From Nitrospira sp. (GTDB taxonomy: Bacteria; Nitrospirota; Nitrospiria; Nitrospirales; Nitrospiraceae): a DNA stretch of 64,000 nucleotides. The notes under the pieces were generated by a model. That model saw nothing but the letters and a program-made list of their open reading frames with translations. It made no database searches and was not told the DNA's origin. The position numbers and the translations under genes were made by a program. Location: contig VGXE01000007.1 in assembly GCA_016873455.1 (NCBI GenBank), forward strand, positions 1,281 to 65,280, in the 5' to 3' direction. Shown here one piece after another: positions 8,960 to 18,654 of this stretch (the first letter of the stretch is position 1; each line of letters starts with the position of its first letter).

Positions 8960-10336
8960 ATGACGAGGCCGGCTATCCATCGTTTCTCACCGACATACCT
9001 CCTGGTTTCGTTCCTGTTCCTGCTCTACACCGGCCCCGCAGCCGCCGTCGAGCCCTCTGAGTTCGTGTTGTCGAACGGCATGAAAGTGTTGCTGGTCGAA
9101 GTCCCCAAGGCACCGGTGGCGACCGTACAGGTGTGGTACAAGGTCGGGTCCAGAAACGAAGTGATGGGCCGGGCCGGGCTCTCGCACATGCTCGAACACA
9201 TGATGTTCAAAGGCACGGCGAAGCATCCCAAGGGCACGTTCTCCCGGCTCATTCGAAAGAACGGCGGAATCGACAACGCGTTTACCGGACAAGACTTCAC
9301 CGCCTACTTCGAGAACCTGGCGGCGGATCGGGTTGAGCTGGCCCTCGAACTGGAAGCGGATCGGATGCAGGGCCTGGTACTCGACCGCAACGAATTTCAG
9401 ACCGAACGCGAGGTCGTCAAAGAGGAGCGGAGACTGAGGAACGAGGATGACCCACAGGGCGCGCTGGTCGAAACCTTGTATGCCCAAGCCTTTCTGAGCC
9501 ATCCGTATCACTGGCCGGTGATCGGCTGGTTCACGGATCTCGACGCGATGACCTTGGAAGACCTCCAGCGTCACTATGACACCTATTACTCTCCCAACAA
9601 CGCCACGTTGATCGTGGTGGGTGACATCAAGGCGGACGCGTTACTCCCGACGATCAAGCATCTCTTCGAACCGATTCCCAAAGGCCCTTCCCCCAAACAT
9701 GCGTCCATGGCGGAACCGGAACAGCGGGGCGAGCGGCGTTTCCTTCTGAAGCGCGACGCGCAAGTCCCGTTCGTCATGATGGGGTTTCGCGTCCCCAATT
9801 ATTCCAGCGATGATTCGTATGCCCTTAATCTACTGGAAACGATTCTGTCGCACGGCAAGAGTTCCCGTCTCTATCAAAGCTTGGTCTACGAGCAGAAGAA
9901 TTCCCTGGCGGTCGGTGCGGAATACAGCGTGATGCAGACCGACCCCGGTTTGTTCTATTTCTACTCGGTGGTCAGCCCCGAGGCAAAAGTCGAAGCGGTC
10001 GAAGACGCCCTGCAGCGTGAAATCACGCGTCTGCAGAATGAGCCGCCCTCTGAAACAGAACTCCAGCGGGCGAAGAATCAAGTGGAAGCCGCCCGCATCT
10101 TCGAGCAGGACTCCAATTTTCGCCACGCGATGCTGTTGGGAGAATCGGAATCCATCGGCGCGGGATGGCGCCGGGTGGATCAGTTCTTGGAACACACCCA
10201 GACGATTACCGCCAAGGATATTCAACGCGTGGCTAAGCAGTATCTGACTCCGGACAATCGGACTGTGGGCATCCTCGTACCGACACCATCCAAACAGCCT
10301 GAGTCTCCGCCTCCGGCTCACCAAGGGAAGCCCTAG
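8960..10336 (+). CDS. M16 family zinc peptidase (catalytic type)
   Basis: Signal peptide. HMLEHMMFKG contains the inverted HxxEH zinc motif of pitrilysins. Confidence 0.9.
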   Translation: MTRPAIHRFSPTYLLVSFLFLLYTGPAAAVEPSEFVLSNGMKVLLVEVPKAPVATVQVWYKVGSRNEVMGRAGLSHMLEHMMFKGTAKHPKGTFSRLIRKNGGIDNAFTGQDFTAYFENLAADRVELALELEADRMQGLVLDRNEFQTEREVVKEERRLRNEDDPQGALVETLYAQAFLSHPYHWPVIGWFTDLDAMTLEDLQRHYDTYYSPNNATLIVVGDIKADALLPTIKHLFEPIPKGPSPKHASMAEPEQRGERRFLLKRDAQVPFVMMGFRVPNYSSDDSYALNLLETILSHGKSSRLYQSLVYEQKNSLAVGAEYSVMQTDPGLFYFYSVVSPEAKVEAVEDALQREITRLQNEPPSETELQRAKNQVEAARIFEQDSNFRHAMLLGESESIGAGWRRVDQFLEHTQTITAKDIQRVAKQYLTPDNRTVGILVPTPSKQPESPPPAHQGKP

Positions 10337-10344
10337 CTGCAGCC

Positions 10345-11733
10345 ATGCGTAACCACTCAACGACGAGCCCATCCTGGGTTGCACGGTACCGCTCGCGACG
10401 GAGTTGCGCCGGACTCGTTCTTGGAGCCTTGCTGATCACACTGCTCGGCCTTGCCGACCGCGGATCGGCCGCGGACCTGACCCCGGCGAGGATCACGACG
10501 GCAAACGGCATCACAGTCGTGGTGCTGGAACAGCACTTCCTCCCGATTGTTGAAATCCATGCGCTCATCAAAACCGGCTCGGCCCAAGATCCACCGGACA
10601 AGGCAGGGTTGGCCAACTTGACGGCGAGCCTTCTGGATGAAGGGACGTCGACCAGATCCTCCAAACAACTAGCCGAGCAAATTGACTTTGTCGGAGGTTC
10701 GCTCGAGGTCAGAGCCGCCGAAGATTTCACGACGGCGTCGGCACGCATCCTCAAGAAGGATGTGGAGCTGGGCTTCACCCTGTTGGCGGACATCCTGCTG
10801 CATCCCGCGTTCCCCAAACAGGAATTTGATCGGGTGCGCTCCCAGATTCTCGGTGAACTTGTCAGTGACAATGACGATCCCGGCCAAGTCGCCATGAAAG
10901 CGTTCAACCAGCTGGTCTTCGCCAATCACCCCTATCGATGGCCCGTGAACGGGACAGAAGAGACGTTGAGCAAGATGACGCTGGCAGATGTGCAGAATTT
11001 CTACACAAGAGAATATCTCCCCAATCAGGTTATCCTCACCGTCGTCGGCGATATCACGATGGAGCAAGCCACGACATTGGTCCAGACGCACTTTGGTTCG
11101 TGGAAAAAGGGCCCGCCGCCGGCCAGATCGACCAAGAAGCCAGCAGTGATCGAGAGAAAGACCGTTCAGCTCATTGAAAAGGACTTGACCCAGTCGACCA
11201 TCATGCTGGGCCATGGCGGAATCAGCCGGACGAACCCGGACTTTTATGCTGTGACGGTCATGAATCACATCCTCGGCGCCGGCGGATTCTCATCCCGTTT
11301 GATGGACACGATCCGGGACAAGCAAGGACTCGCCTATGGCATCATGAGCCATTATGACGCGAGGGCGATGCCGGGCTCGTTCTGGATCAATCTCCAAACC
11401 AAGACAGACACCACGAATCAGGCGATCGCCGGCGTGGTGGCTGAGATCAAGGGTCTGCGCGAGTCTCCGGTCACCGATCAAGAACTCGCCGAAGCGAAGT
11501 CGTTCTTGATGGGGAGCTTCCCGTTGCGGCTGGACTCGACGGCCAAATTAGCCGGTGTGCTGGCCCAGGTAGAATTCTTCGGTTTGGGCTTCGAGTACCT
11601 CAGCCAGTACCCGAAGTGGATCGAGCGCGTGACGAAAGAGGATGTGCAGCGGGTTGCCAAACAGTACCTCAATCCTCAACACTATGCCTTGGTGGTGGTG
11701 GGCAACCAAGCGAAGGCAAAAGTTCGGCACTAG
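10345..11733 (+). CDS. M16 family peptidase-like protein (no HxxEH; probable non-catalytic partner)
   Basis: M16 two-domain length and similarity with a signal peptide. The HxxEH position reads LTASLLDEGT. Follows the catalytic paralog by 8 nt. Confidence 0.85.
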   Translation: MRNHSTTSPSWVARYRSRRSCAGLVLGALLITLLGLADRGSAADLTPARITTANGITVVVLEQHFLPIVEIHALIKTGSAQDPPDKAGLANLTASLLDEGTSTRSSKQLAEQIDFVGGSLEVRAAEDFTTASARILKKDVELGFTLLADILLHPAFPKQEFDRVRSQILGELVSDNDDPGQVAMKAFNQLVFANHPYRWPVNGTEETLSKMTLADVQNFYTREYLPNQVILTVVGDITMEQATTLVQTHFGSWKKGPPPARSTKKPAVIERKTVQLIEKDLTQSTIMLGHGGISRTNPDFYAVTVMNHILGAGGFSSRLMDTIRDKQGLAYGIMSHYDARAMPGSFWINLQTKTDTTNQAIAGVVAEIKGLRESPVTDQELAEAKSFLMGSFPLRLDSTAKLAGVLAQVEFFGLGFEYLSQYPKWIERVTKEDVQRVAKQYLNPQHYALVVVGNQAKAKVRH

Positions 11734-11753
11734 ACGAGGACCCCGAGGCAGCG

Positions 11754-12569
11754 ATGTCCATGGAACCGGCCCTTCTTCAGCGGAAACTCGACCGACTGCG
11801 CACCGTGCTTTGGGACATGGGGTCGGTGCTGGTTGCCTATTCAGGCGGGATCGACAGCACGTTTGTGCTGAAGGTCGCCCATGAACAGCTTCGGGAAAAA
11901 GCGGTCGGCATGACGGCCGTCTCGCCGACATTCCCTTCGATCGAGTTGGACGCGGCCAAACAGGTCGCCCAAGAGATCGGCGCGCGCCACGAAATCGTGC
12001 AGACAGACCAACTGGAGATACCCGAATTCGTCAGCAACGATGCGGCCCGCTGCTTTCACTGTAAGACCGACCTCTACCAACTGCTGGAATCGTTCCGTCG
12101 AACTGGCGATGCCGCCTATATCGTGGATGGCACGAACCTCGACGACCTCGGCGATGACCGGCCTGGGATCAAGGCCGCGAGAGAATGGCGCGTGCGAAGC
12201 CCGTTAGTGGAAGCGGAACTTTCGAAAGCCGACATTCGCCGCCTCGCCAGAGACCTCGGCCTCTCCAATTGGGATAAACCTGCGGCAGCCTGCCTCTCGT
12301 CAAGAATTCCGCGTGGGATGCCTATCACGATCGAAAAACTGAGCCGGGTCGAAGGCGCGGAAGCGCTGCTGTATCGCGAGGGACTCCGCCACGTTCGTGT
12401 CAGAGATCATGGTGAGATCGCAAGAATTGAGGTTGCACCGGAGGACGTGCCTGGGCTCCTGGACAGCGGACGGCGCGCGCGAATCAGCGCCGGGATCAAG
12501 GCGCTGGGATTCCGGTTCGTCACCGTGGATCTGGAGGGATACCGGCCTGGTGGAGTCAGCCTCGGCTAA
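11754..12569 (+). CDS. LarE-like PP-loop ATP-utilising sulfur transferase (TIGR00268-type)
   Basis: PP-loop SGGIDS and the AACLSSRIP cysteine motif. ATG at 11754 follows the upstream stop; the ORF-track start at 11616 overlaps the preceding gene. Confidence 0.75.
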   Translation: MSMEPALLQRKLDRLRTVLWDMGSVLVAYSGGIDSTFVLKVAHEQLREKAVGMTAVSPTFPSIELDAAKQVAQEIGARHEIVQTDQLEIPEFVSNDAARCFHCKTDLYQLLESFRRTGDAAYIVDGTNLDDLGDDRPGIKAAREWRVRSPLVEAELSKADIRRLARDLGLSNWDKPAAACLSSRIPRGMPITIEKLSRVEGAEALLYREGLRHVRVRDHGEIARIEVAPEDVPGLLDSGRRARISAGIKALGFRFVTVDLEGYRPGGVSLG

Positions 12570-12590
12570 ACTCCACCCAGCCGTTCGGTA

Positions 12591-13097
12591 TTACCGCTGA
12601 TAGGATTTTGACAACGCGTCGAGCGCCTCGTCGGCGAATTTGCGGTGATCGGTTTCCGTCAAGCTGCGCTGCACCACTTTCTCGGCCACCATCAACGCCA
12701 TCTCGGTCGTCTGCGCGCGGATATCTTGAATGGCCCGCCGCCGTTCTTGTTCGATCGCGCGGGTGGCTTCGCCCTTGATCCGTTCCGCCTCCGTCGTCAT
12801 CCGTTGCTCGTTTTCATCAAGCAAGCGCTGGGCACGTTCCTTGGCCGCCGCAAGGATCGCTTCGGCCTCTTTCCCCGCCGCACTCAACTTGGCTTCATAG
12901 TCCTTGAGCCGGCGCTCGGCCTCCGATCGGTGCTGTTCGGCTTGATCGAGGCTGTCCTTGATTTTCTTTTCCCGCTCTTCCAGCGCGCTCAAAATCCCTG
13001 GAAACGCGTACTTGTACAGGACGAACAACAGAATGCCGAACGAAATGACTTCCCAAAAAATCAACGAAGAAAAAAAGTCGGATTCAAACTGTGGCAT
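12591..13097 (-). CDS. atpF: F0F1 ATP synthase subunit b
   Basis: Single N-terminal TM helix followed by a long charged helix. Position after atpE. Confidence 0.88.
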   Translation of the reverse strand: MPQFESDFFSSLIFWEVISFGILLFVLYKYAFPGILSALEEREKKIKDSLDQAEQHRSEAERRLKDYEAKLSAAGKEAEAILAAAKERAQRLLDENEQRMTTEAERIKGEATRAIEQERRRAIQDIRAQTTEMALMVAEKVVQRSLTETDHRKFADEALDALSKSYQR

Positions 13098-13170
13098 GGT
13101 TTCTTTCCGGTAGACTGAGGCTCAGGCTGGGATCCGTGTCCTCGGCCTTGGCCCAAACCTACGCCTGCTC

Positions 13171-13404
13171 CTACCCCTTGCGGAATCCCATGATAATGAA
13201 CGCGATGACCAGGCCATACAACGCAATGGCTTCCACCAGCGCGAACCCGATCCACATATACTTCGTGACGCGCCCTTCGGCTTCAGGCTGACGTGCGACC
13301 ACCTCGATCATCTTGCCGAAAATATAGCCGATCCCTACCCCGGCCCCGGCAAATCCTGCCGCGGCACAACCCATCCCGATCAACCCTGCTGCTGCTGAAT
13401 CCAT
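13171..13404 (-). CDS. atpE: F0F1 ATP synthase subunit c
   Basis: 77-aa two-helix hairpin with Gly-rich helix 1, ARQPE loop and a helix-2 carboxylate (ALVEAIALY). Confidence 0.95.
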   Translation of the reverse strand: MDSAAAGLIGMGCAAAGFAGAGVGIGYIFGKMIEVVARQPEAEGRVTKYMWIGFALVEAIALYGLVIAFIIMGFRKG

Positions 13405-13440
13405 TGTGGCCTACTCCTCCCTTGTCTAAACTCGCACGCG

Positions 13441-14190
13441 CTAATGCGCATGCTCTTCATGTCCATGCAAATGAAACGCGTCTCCCAAATAGACGCAGGT
13501 CAAAATCGTGAAAATATAGGCTTGGATAAAGGCGATGCCAAATTCCAACCCGTAGATCGCGACCGTAAACACAAACGGCAACCACCCGATCAACACTCCG
13601 CCACCGACCGTGAGGCCGAACAACACGGCGAGCATCACGTGGCCTGCCGTCATATTCGCAAACAACCGGACCGCCAACGAAATGGGCCTGGCAATCTGGC
13701 TGATGATCTCAATCGGAATCATGAGGGGCACCAGCCATCCCGGTGTGCCGGGCGGAACCAGAATGCCCAGAAACTTGACCCCATGTAATGAAAATCCGAC
13801 CACCAGGCTAATCCCATACACCAGGAAGGAAAAGACGGCCGTCACAATAATCTGGCTCGTCACGGTGTAGGTCCCTGGAATGAGCCCGATGTAATTGGAG
13901 AACAGAATGAACACAAAGAGTGTGGCGACGAGCGGGAAAAATCGCATGCCGTCTTTCCCCATCGTCTCCAGGATCATGTTGCGAATGAACTCCACCATCA
14001 TCTCGGCCAAACTCTGCAATTTGCCGGGCACCAGCTTGCGTGACGATCCCGCCATCACCATGCACACCGATGCCACGGCGATGACCACCCACATAAAGAC
14101 CACGGCTTTATTGATGGAAATATCCACCCCCCCGATCGACATCGGGATCCAGGGGTGAAGCTCAAACTGATGCAGGGGACTTTCTTCCAT
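13441..14190 (-). CDS. atpB: F0F1 ATP synthase subunit a
   Basis: Polytopic membrane protein with the conserved arginine motif VRLFANMTAGH. Confidence 0.95.
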   Translation of the reverse strand: MEESPLHQFELHPWIPMSIGGVDISINKAVVFMWVVIAVASVCMVMAGSSRKLVPGKLQSLAEMMVEFIRNMILETMGKDGMRFFPLVATLFVFILFSNYIGLIPGTYTVTSQIIVTAVFSFLVYGISLVVGFSLHGVKFLGILVPPGTPGWLVPLMIPIEIISQIARPISLAVRLFANMTAGHVMLAVLFGLTVGGGVLIGWLPFVFTVAIYGLEFGIAFIQAYIFTILTCVYLGDAFHLHGHEEHAH

Positions 14191-14192
14191 GG

Positions 14193-14438
14193 TTATCCTT
14201 GTTTATCCACATCGGTGGGCGGGTTTTGCCACCGCTGCGCAGATCGATACGCACTCCTCATTCCGGCCGCGAGACCGAACACTAACCCGATGACGAGTCC
14301 CCACGGAATAGTCCCGAAGAGATACGTATCAACGGCCCATCCAAGCCCACCTCCGACGATCAGCGCAGCCAGCAGTTCCGTTCCGATTCGAACAGCCTGG
14401 CCGAGCCCCGCGTATAAGGGATCTTGTGGAGGGGGCAT
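14193..14438 (-). CDS. AtpZ/AtpI-family small membrane protein
   Basis: 81 aa, two TM helices (LGWAVDTYLFGTIPWGLVIGLVFGLAAG). First gene of the F0 cluster. Confidence 0.7.
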   Translation of the reverse strand: MPPPQDPLYAGLGQAVRIGTELLAALIVGGGLGWAVDTYLFGTIPWGLVIGLVFGLAAGMRSAYRSAQRWQNPPTDVDKQG

Positions 14439-14497
14439 CCCAAACCCACGGAAGGCGAGAGCACGTCAGCAGAACTCTTCCGATATATGGGCGTGCA

Positions 14498-14527
14498 ATT
14501 TAAGCAGAGCCATGTTCAGAATGTCAA
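14498..14527 (-). promoter_or_regulatory. Candidate sigma-70 promoter for the atpZ-atpB-atpE-atpF cluster
   Basis: On the minus strand, TTGACA (14527-14522), an 18-nt spacer, then TTAAAT (14503-14498), about 60 nt upstream of the atpZ start. Pattern match only. Confidence 0.35.
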
Positions 14528-14603
14528 GCCGAGATGGGCCTATTTCTTATCGAAGTGGCTGCGGTATAGTGACCCACAGTCTTCGAACATCTGTGTGAGC
14601 GCC

Positions 14604-16082
14604 ATGCCACTCATGACATCTCCGCCCACGACCTTCCTACAGGGCCCCCCGTCACCGCTTGTCGTCACGTGCCCCCGTCCTTCGGCAGATCCATTTGATC
14701 TCTATGCCAACATGGCGTCGCCTCGATGCCCCTCCTTTCTTTTCGAAAGCGGCGGCGGCACGGCCGGAATGGGACGATACTCGTTCTTTGCCAGCAACCC
14801 ATACCAAACCCTCCGCGGAACAGCCGATCGCTATCTGCGGCGCTCGGCACAAGGCCGGGAAGAGTCCGGGCCGGCCCCGTTCCACTACCTCACCAAACTC
14901 GTAGGCACGTCATCGATCGCCCGCCCTCGTGACGCCCCGCCCTTCTTCGGGGGAGCGATCGGGTATTTCAGCTACGACCTCGCCCGCCGATTCGAACGAT
15001 TGCCGTCATTGGCGCTCGATGACCTGGCCACACCGGACTTCGAATTCGCATTCTTCGACCTCGTCGCGGCGATCGACCACAAGTTGAATGTCCTGGTCCT
15101 CATGTTCTGCCCGCCGCTCGAACGATTCCTGAGCGAAACTCGTGAACAATTGTACCGCGAGGGGTGCGACCGGCTGACTGCCCTGCATGCGCAGTTGCTC
15201 AACTCTCCCGTAACCGCCGCAACGGATGCACCCGCTATCCGTCTCACGTTTTCGCCGGACCAAGACCGGTCGTCCTACATGGACCGTGTCCGCCGATGCC
15301 AAGACTATATTGCGGCGGGTGATATCTACCAAGCCAATGTATCCCATCGCTTTACCGTCACGGGCGACATCTTGTCTCCTCAACCCGATCTCCGGTCCGA
15401 TCTGCTGGCCTATGGCCGCATGCGCGCGCTCAATCCTGCCCCGTTTTCCGGATTACTCCGGCTCGATCGAGTCAGCTTGATCAGTTCATCGCCTGAACGG
15501 CTCGTTCGGCTCAACGGGCATCAGGCCGATACGCGTCCAATCGCCGGGACGAGGCCGCGTGGAGCGAATACCGCCGACGATCACCGACTCGCGGATGAAC
15601 TGCGCAGCAACGAGAAAGAGCGGGCCGAGCATGTCATGCTGGTCGATCTCGAACGGAATGATCTCGGCCGAGTGTGCACGTATGGAAGCGTCCGAGTGGA
15701 TGAACTGATGACCCTGGAACGCTATTCCCATGTCCATCATCTGGTCTCTCACGTCACGGGAACTGTGAAAGACGATGCCACCGGTTTTGATGTGCTCAAA
15801 GCCGTGTTCCCAGGAGGAACGATTACCGGTGTTCCGAAAATCCGCTGTATGGAAATTATCGAAGAGTTGGAGCCGGTCCGCCGCGGCACCTATACGGGCT
15901 CGATGGGCTACCTCAGCTGGAGCGGCGATCTGGACTTCAACATTGTGATTCGTACGCTCGTGCGGACGAACGGCAAGGCCTACCTCCAGGTTGGCGCCGG
16001 CATCGTCGCCGACTCCGACCCGGCGCGCGAGTACGAGGAAACGATTCACAAAGCCCAGGCATTTCTCAGCGCGTTCGCCTAG
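14604..16082 (+). CDS. pabB: Aminodeoxychorismate synthase component I (chorismate-binding enzyme family)
   Basis: PGGTITGVPK and GTYTGSMGY chorismate-utilising signatures. Followed by a class IV aminotransferase. ATG 14604 chosen; GTG 14595 is also possible. TrpE cannot be excluded. Confidence 0.8.
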   Translation: MPLMTSPPTTFLQGPPSPLVVTCPRPSADPFDLYANMASPRCPSFLFESGGGTAGMGRYSFFASNPYQTLRGTADRYLRRSAQGREESGPAPFHYLTKLVGTSSIARPRDAPPFFGGAIGYFSYDLARRFERLPSLALDDLATPDFEFAFFDLVAAIDHKLNVLVLMFCPPLERFLSETREQLYREGCDRLTALHAQLLNSPVTAATDAPAIRLTFSPDQDRSSYMDRVRRCQDYIAAGDIYQANVSHRFTVTGDILSPQPDLRSDLLAYGRMRALNPAPFSGLLRLDRVSLISSSPERLVRLNGHQADTRPIAGTRPRGANTADDHRLADELRSNEKERAEHVMLVDLERNDLGRVCTYGSVRVDELMTLERYSHVHHLVSHVTGTVKDDATGFDVLKAVFPGGTITGVPKIRCMEIIEELEPVRRGTYTGSMGYLSWSGDLDFNIVIRTLVRTNGKAYLQVGAGIVADSDPAREYEETIHKAQAFLSAFA

Positions 16083-16096
16083 CGAGTTTCAACCCG

Positions 16097-16981
16097 ATGT
16101 GGATTTTTCTGAACGATAAGTTCGTACGGAAGGAAGAGGCCGTCGTCTCGGTCTTCGACCATGGATTTCTGTATGGAGACGGGGTCTACGAAACGCTTCG
16201 TTCTTATGGGTCTCGCTTATTCATGTGTGCGCAGCATATCGCGCGGTTGTTTCGCTCCGCGGAGGCCATCGGATTGACCGTTCCGATTCAGCGAGAGCGC
16301 TGGCCCGAGCTCCTGCATGAATCGATGGCGCGCAACGACGTGGGAACCGCTCACCGAGATGCGTATGTGCGGGTCACCGTATCGCGTGGAGCCGGCGGCA
16401 TCGGACTGGATCCGTCACTCTGCCCGTCTCCCACCGTCGTGATTATGGCGCAGCCGCTCGTGACACCGGCTGCGGCACTGTATGAAAGAGGAATTGATGT
16501 GATTCTGGCTTCAACCAGACGGAATGTGCCCGGCGCGTTGCCACCTCAGATCAAATCCCTCAATTTTCTTAACAACATCCTTGCCAAACGCGAAGCGATC
16601 GCCGCAGGCGTCTTCGATAGCGTCTTGCTCAATTGGGAAGGACATCTGACGGAGTGCACCATCAGCAATCTGTTCTTTGTGACAGCAGGACACCTGCACA
16701 CCCCCTCCCTCGAGTGCGGCCTCCTTGATGGCATCACGCGATCGATCGTCTTGCAATTGGCGAAGGAGCAGCGGTGCCCCGTCACGGAAGGACGATTCAC
16801 GCCGGCGCAGCTCTATCACTCTGACGAATGTTTTGTGACCAATACCAGTATGGAAATCATGCCGGTGACCTCCGTTGATCGCCGACCGATCGGGAATGGA
16901 AAACCGGGCCCTCTGACCCAGATGCTGCGCAACCTGTTTTCGGGAGCTCGGGAACGATTTCTGGAACCATCCTCCTTGTAG
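16097..16981 (+). CDS. Class IV aminotransferase, probable aminodeoxychorismate lyase
   Basis: Fold-type IV PLP enzyme similarity (YGDGVYET, NLFFV, LLDGITR), 14 nt after pabB. The IlvE/Dat alternative is not excluded. Confidence 0.75.
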   Translation: MWIFLNDKFVRKEEAVVSVFDHGFLYGDGVYETLRSYGSRLFMCAQHIARLFRSAEAIGLTVPIQRERWPELLHESMARNDVGTAHRDAYVRVTVSRGAGGIGLDPSLCPSPTVVIMAQPLVTPAAALYERGIDVILASTRRNVPGALPPQIKSLNFLNNILAKREAIAAGVFDSVLLNWEGHLTECTISNLFFVTAGHLHTPSLECGLLDGITRSIVLQLAKEQRCPVTEGRFTPAQLYHSDECFVTNTSMEIMPVTSVDRRPIGNGKPGPLTQMLRNLFSGARERFLEPSSL

Positions 16982-16990
16982 CAAATTCCG

Positions 16991-17013
16991 GGTCTTCGTG
17001 AAGTCGTGTGGGT
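16991..17013. repeat. IS terminal inverted repeat (transposase-distal end)
   Basis: GGTCTTCGTGAAGTCGTGTGGGT pairs with the reverse complement of 18346-18369. Confidence 0.7.
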
Positions 17014-17028
17014 CATTTTTCATATTTT

Positions 17029-18263
17029 TCAGATCGCAGGGAGGATGCAGGTGAGGACTTTCAACCGCAGGTACTCTTCATCCTTCAGTCCATATGCCCT
17101 GCGCTGGATGACGCGAATCTTGTTGTTCAAGCCTTCAACGAACCCCAGCGACACCTTGTTCTCCACTTTGCAGAACGCAGCAATCCCATCCCAATGACGC
17201 GCAATCATTTCCGCAAACTTCTCGTAGGGCTTGAGCCGCTGCCACTTGAGGCTGGCCTTCCAGTTCTCGAAGAACTTGCGCGCCCATGCCTCGCTCCGGT
17301 AACTCCACAACTGGCCGAACGATTCCTTGAGCAGGTACGCCGTGTTCAGCCGCTTGTTGGCAGACAGCAGTTTCTTCAAGGCTTGCCTGCCATCCAGCGT
17401 CAGGTTCTCCCGGTTGGACAGCAGGGTGTATTTCTGCCCCTTGATGTAGCGCCGGTCATGTCCCTCCAGCCGTGCATATTCGCTCTTCCTGACTGCGTCC
17501 AGCGCCTCACCCAGATGACGCATGACATGGAACTTGTCGAACAGGATGGCCGCCTGCGGCGCCTGCTTGCGCGTCGAGTTGCCGAACGGCTTCCACATGT
17601 CCATCACCGCCAGACGAAGGCCGTGCGCCTTCTTCTCGCCCAGCCATTCATAGAACTGGTCCATGCTGGCCTCCGAGCGGTCTTGCCCGCCAAACCAGAT
17701 CGGGCGCCCTCGCACCAGATCGCTCACCACGATGCGGTAGCTGTGCCCCTTCCGGATCGAGAGTTCGTCTATGCCGATGACCTTGGGGCCGGGCGTGCCC
17801 GTCCGTTCCAACTGGATACGCATGTACTGCTTGTCCAGTTCCTTAACCGTATGCCAGTCCAGACTCAACTCGCGTGCCACGTCCTTGATGGTGGACTGCC
17901 GGCAGCGCCTGCCGACGAACCAGGCGAAGCGTTTGGTGTAGAGCGGGTTGTCGGCCAGAAAGTCGAGACGCTCGCGTTTCACCTTGCCACAGCTCCGGCA
18001 ATGGACGCGCCGCACCTCAATGTCCAGGTAGATGCGCGTGTCGGCGCAGGACAGGTCGCGCACCCGGCGAGTCTTCCGGTCGTACCAGCCGGAATGCACC
18101 GTGCCGCACGTCCCGCACACCGTTTTTTTGCGCGCCGCACGAGGGTGATACCCCGCGCCTTCGGATCGCCGAAGACGCCCGTGACTGTTTCCGTCGGGCG
18201 GAATCCGGGGAAAGCGTATGCGTCCAGAAGACGCTTTCGTTTACGTATAGTAGCCATCCGCAC
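17029..18263 (-). pseudogene. ISL3 family transposase split over two frames at an A7 tract (frameshifted copy or -1 slippage)
   Basis: Frame A (18263-18123) gives LLDAYAFPGFRPTETVTGVF...LVRRAKK. Frame B (18120-17029) gives the zinc-finger part CGTCGTVHSGWYDRK...CRSCGK plus the DDE core. The two frames join if one A is added. Confidence 0.8.
18123..18129 (-). other. A AAA AAA heptamer in the zero-frame register of the transposase N-terminal frame
   Basis: Minus strand reads GCA AAA AAA CGG. A -1 shift gives ...AKK-TVCGTCG, continuous with the downstream ORF. Confidence 0.6.
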
Positions 18264-18345
18264 AGCATGCCAGTTTCGCCGGCAACTGCAAACAGCAGAA
18301 TGTCTCTATTGGCACAGGGGTCAGCCATGCAATGCCCCATTATTC

Positions 18346-18369
18346 ACCCACACGATTACGCGATGAGCC
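18346..18369. repeat. IS terminal inverted repeat (transposase-proximal end)
   Basis: Reverse complement reads GGCTCATCGCGTAATCGTGTGGGT; the last 10 nt are identical to the other end. Confidence 0.7.
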
Positions 18370-18486
18370 AAAGAAGACGATACGACCTGACTGAAGATAG
18401 AGGACAACACCGTCGATGGTTGCGTCGCTCCAGACATCCGCGAAACGCAGTAGGGCTCATACTGCCACATCAAGAAACCACAGGCA

Positions 18487-18627
18487 CTACCGACTCGGCT
18501 TCCGATCAGACCAACGAGCCGGTCGCAGCACAGCTCCCAATCCAGCAATCGCACAGATAAACACGATCATGGCCAACACCACCACCAGGAAGAAGCCGGC
18601 TTTGACATCATGCAACATAGGGATCAT
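18487..18627 (-). CDS. Candidate 46-aa single-TM small protein (below ORF-track cutoff)
   Basis: GGAGGG sits 7 nt upstream of the ATG. Product MIPMLHDVKAGFFLVVVLAMIVFICAIAGLGAVLRPARWSDRKPSR has a hydrophobic helix then a basic tail. No homology recognised. Confidence 0.3.
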   Translation of the reverse strand: MIPMLHDVKAGFFLVVVLAMIVFICAIAGLGAVLRPARWSDRKPSR

Positions 18628-18654
18628 GATAGTGCCCTCCTCGTGTTGACTGAG

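Larger units (their letters stand above)
16991..18369 (-). mobile_element. ISL3-family insertion sequence (about 1.38 kb)
   Basis: ISL3-type transposase flanked by imperfect terminal inverted repeats starting GGTCTTCG / GGCTCATCG (19 of 24 positions match with one gap). Inserted 10 nt after the pabC-like stop. Confidence 0.8.

Noticed and set aside
17008-18366. 452-aa plus-strand ORF spanning the IS
   Set aside because: Antisense to the recognisable ISL3 transposase. The translation is Arg/Pro/Leu-rich with no motif, and it spans both transposase frames, as expected for a shadow frame.
16983-18377. 8-bp target-site duplication flanking the ISL3 element
   Set aside because: The flanks read AAATTCCG (16983-16990) and AAAGAAGA (18370-18377). 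They do not match, so no TSD is claimed. The IS ends may be off by a few nt, or the copy is old or rearranged.
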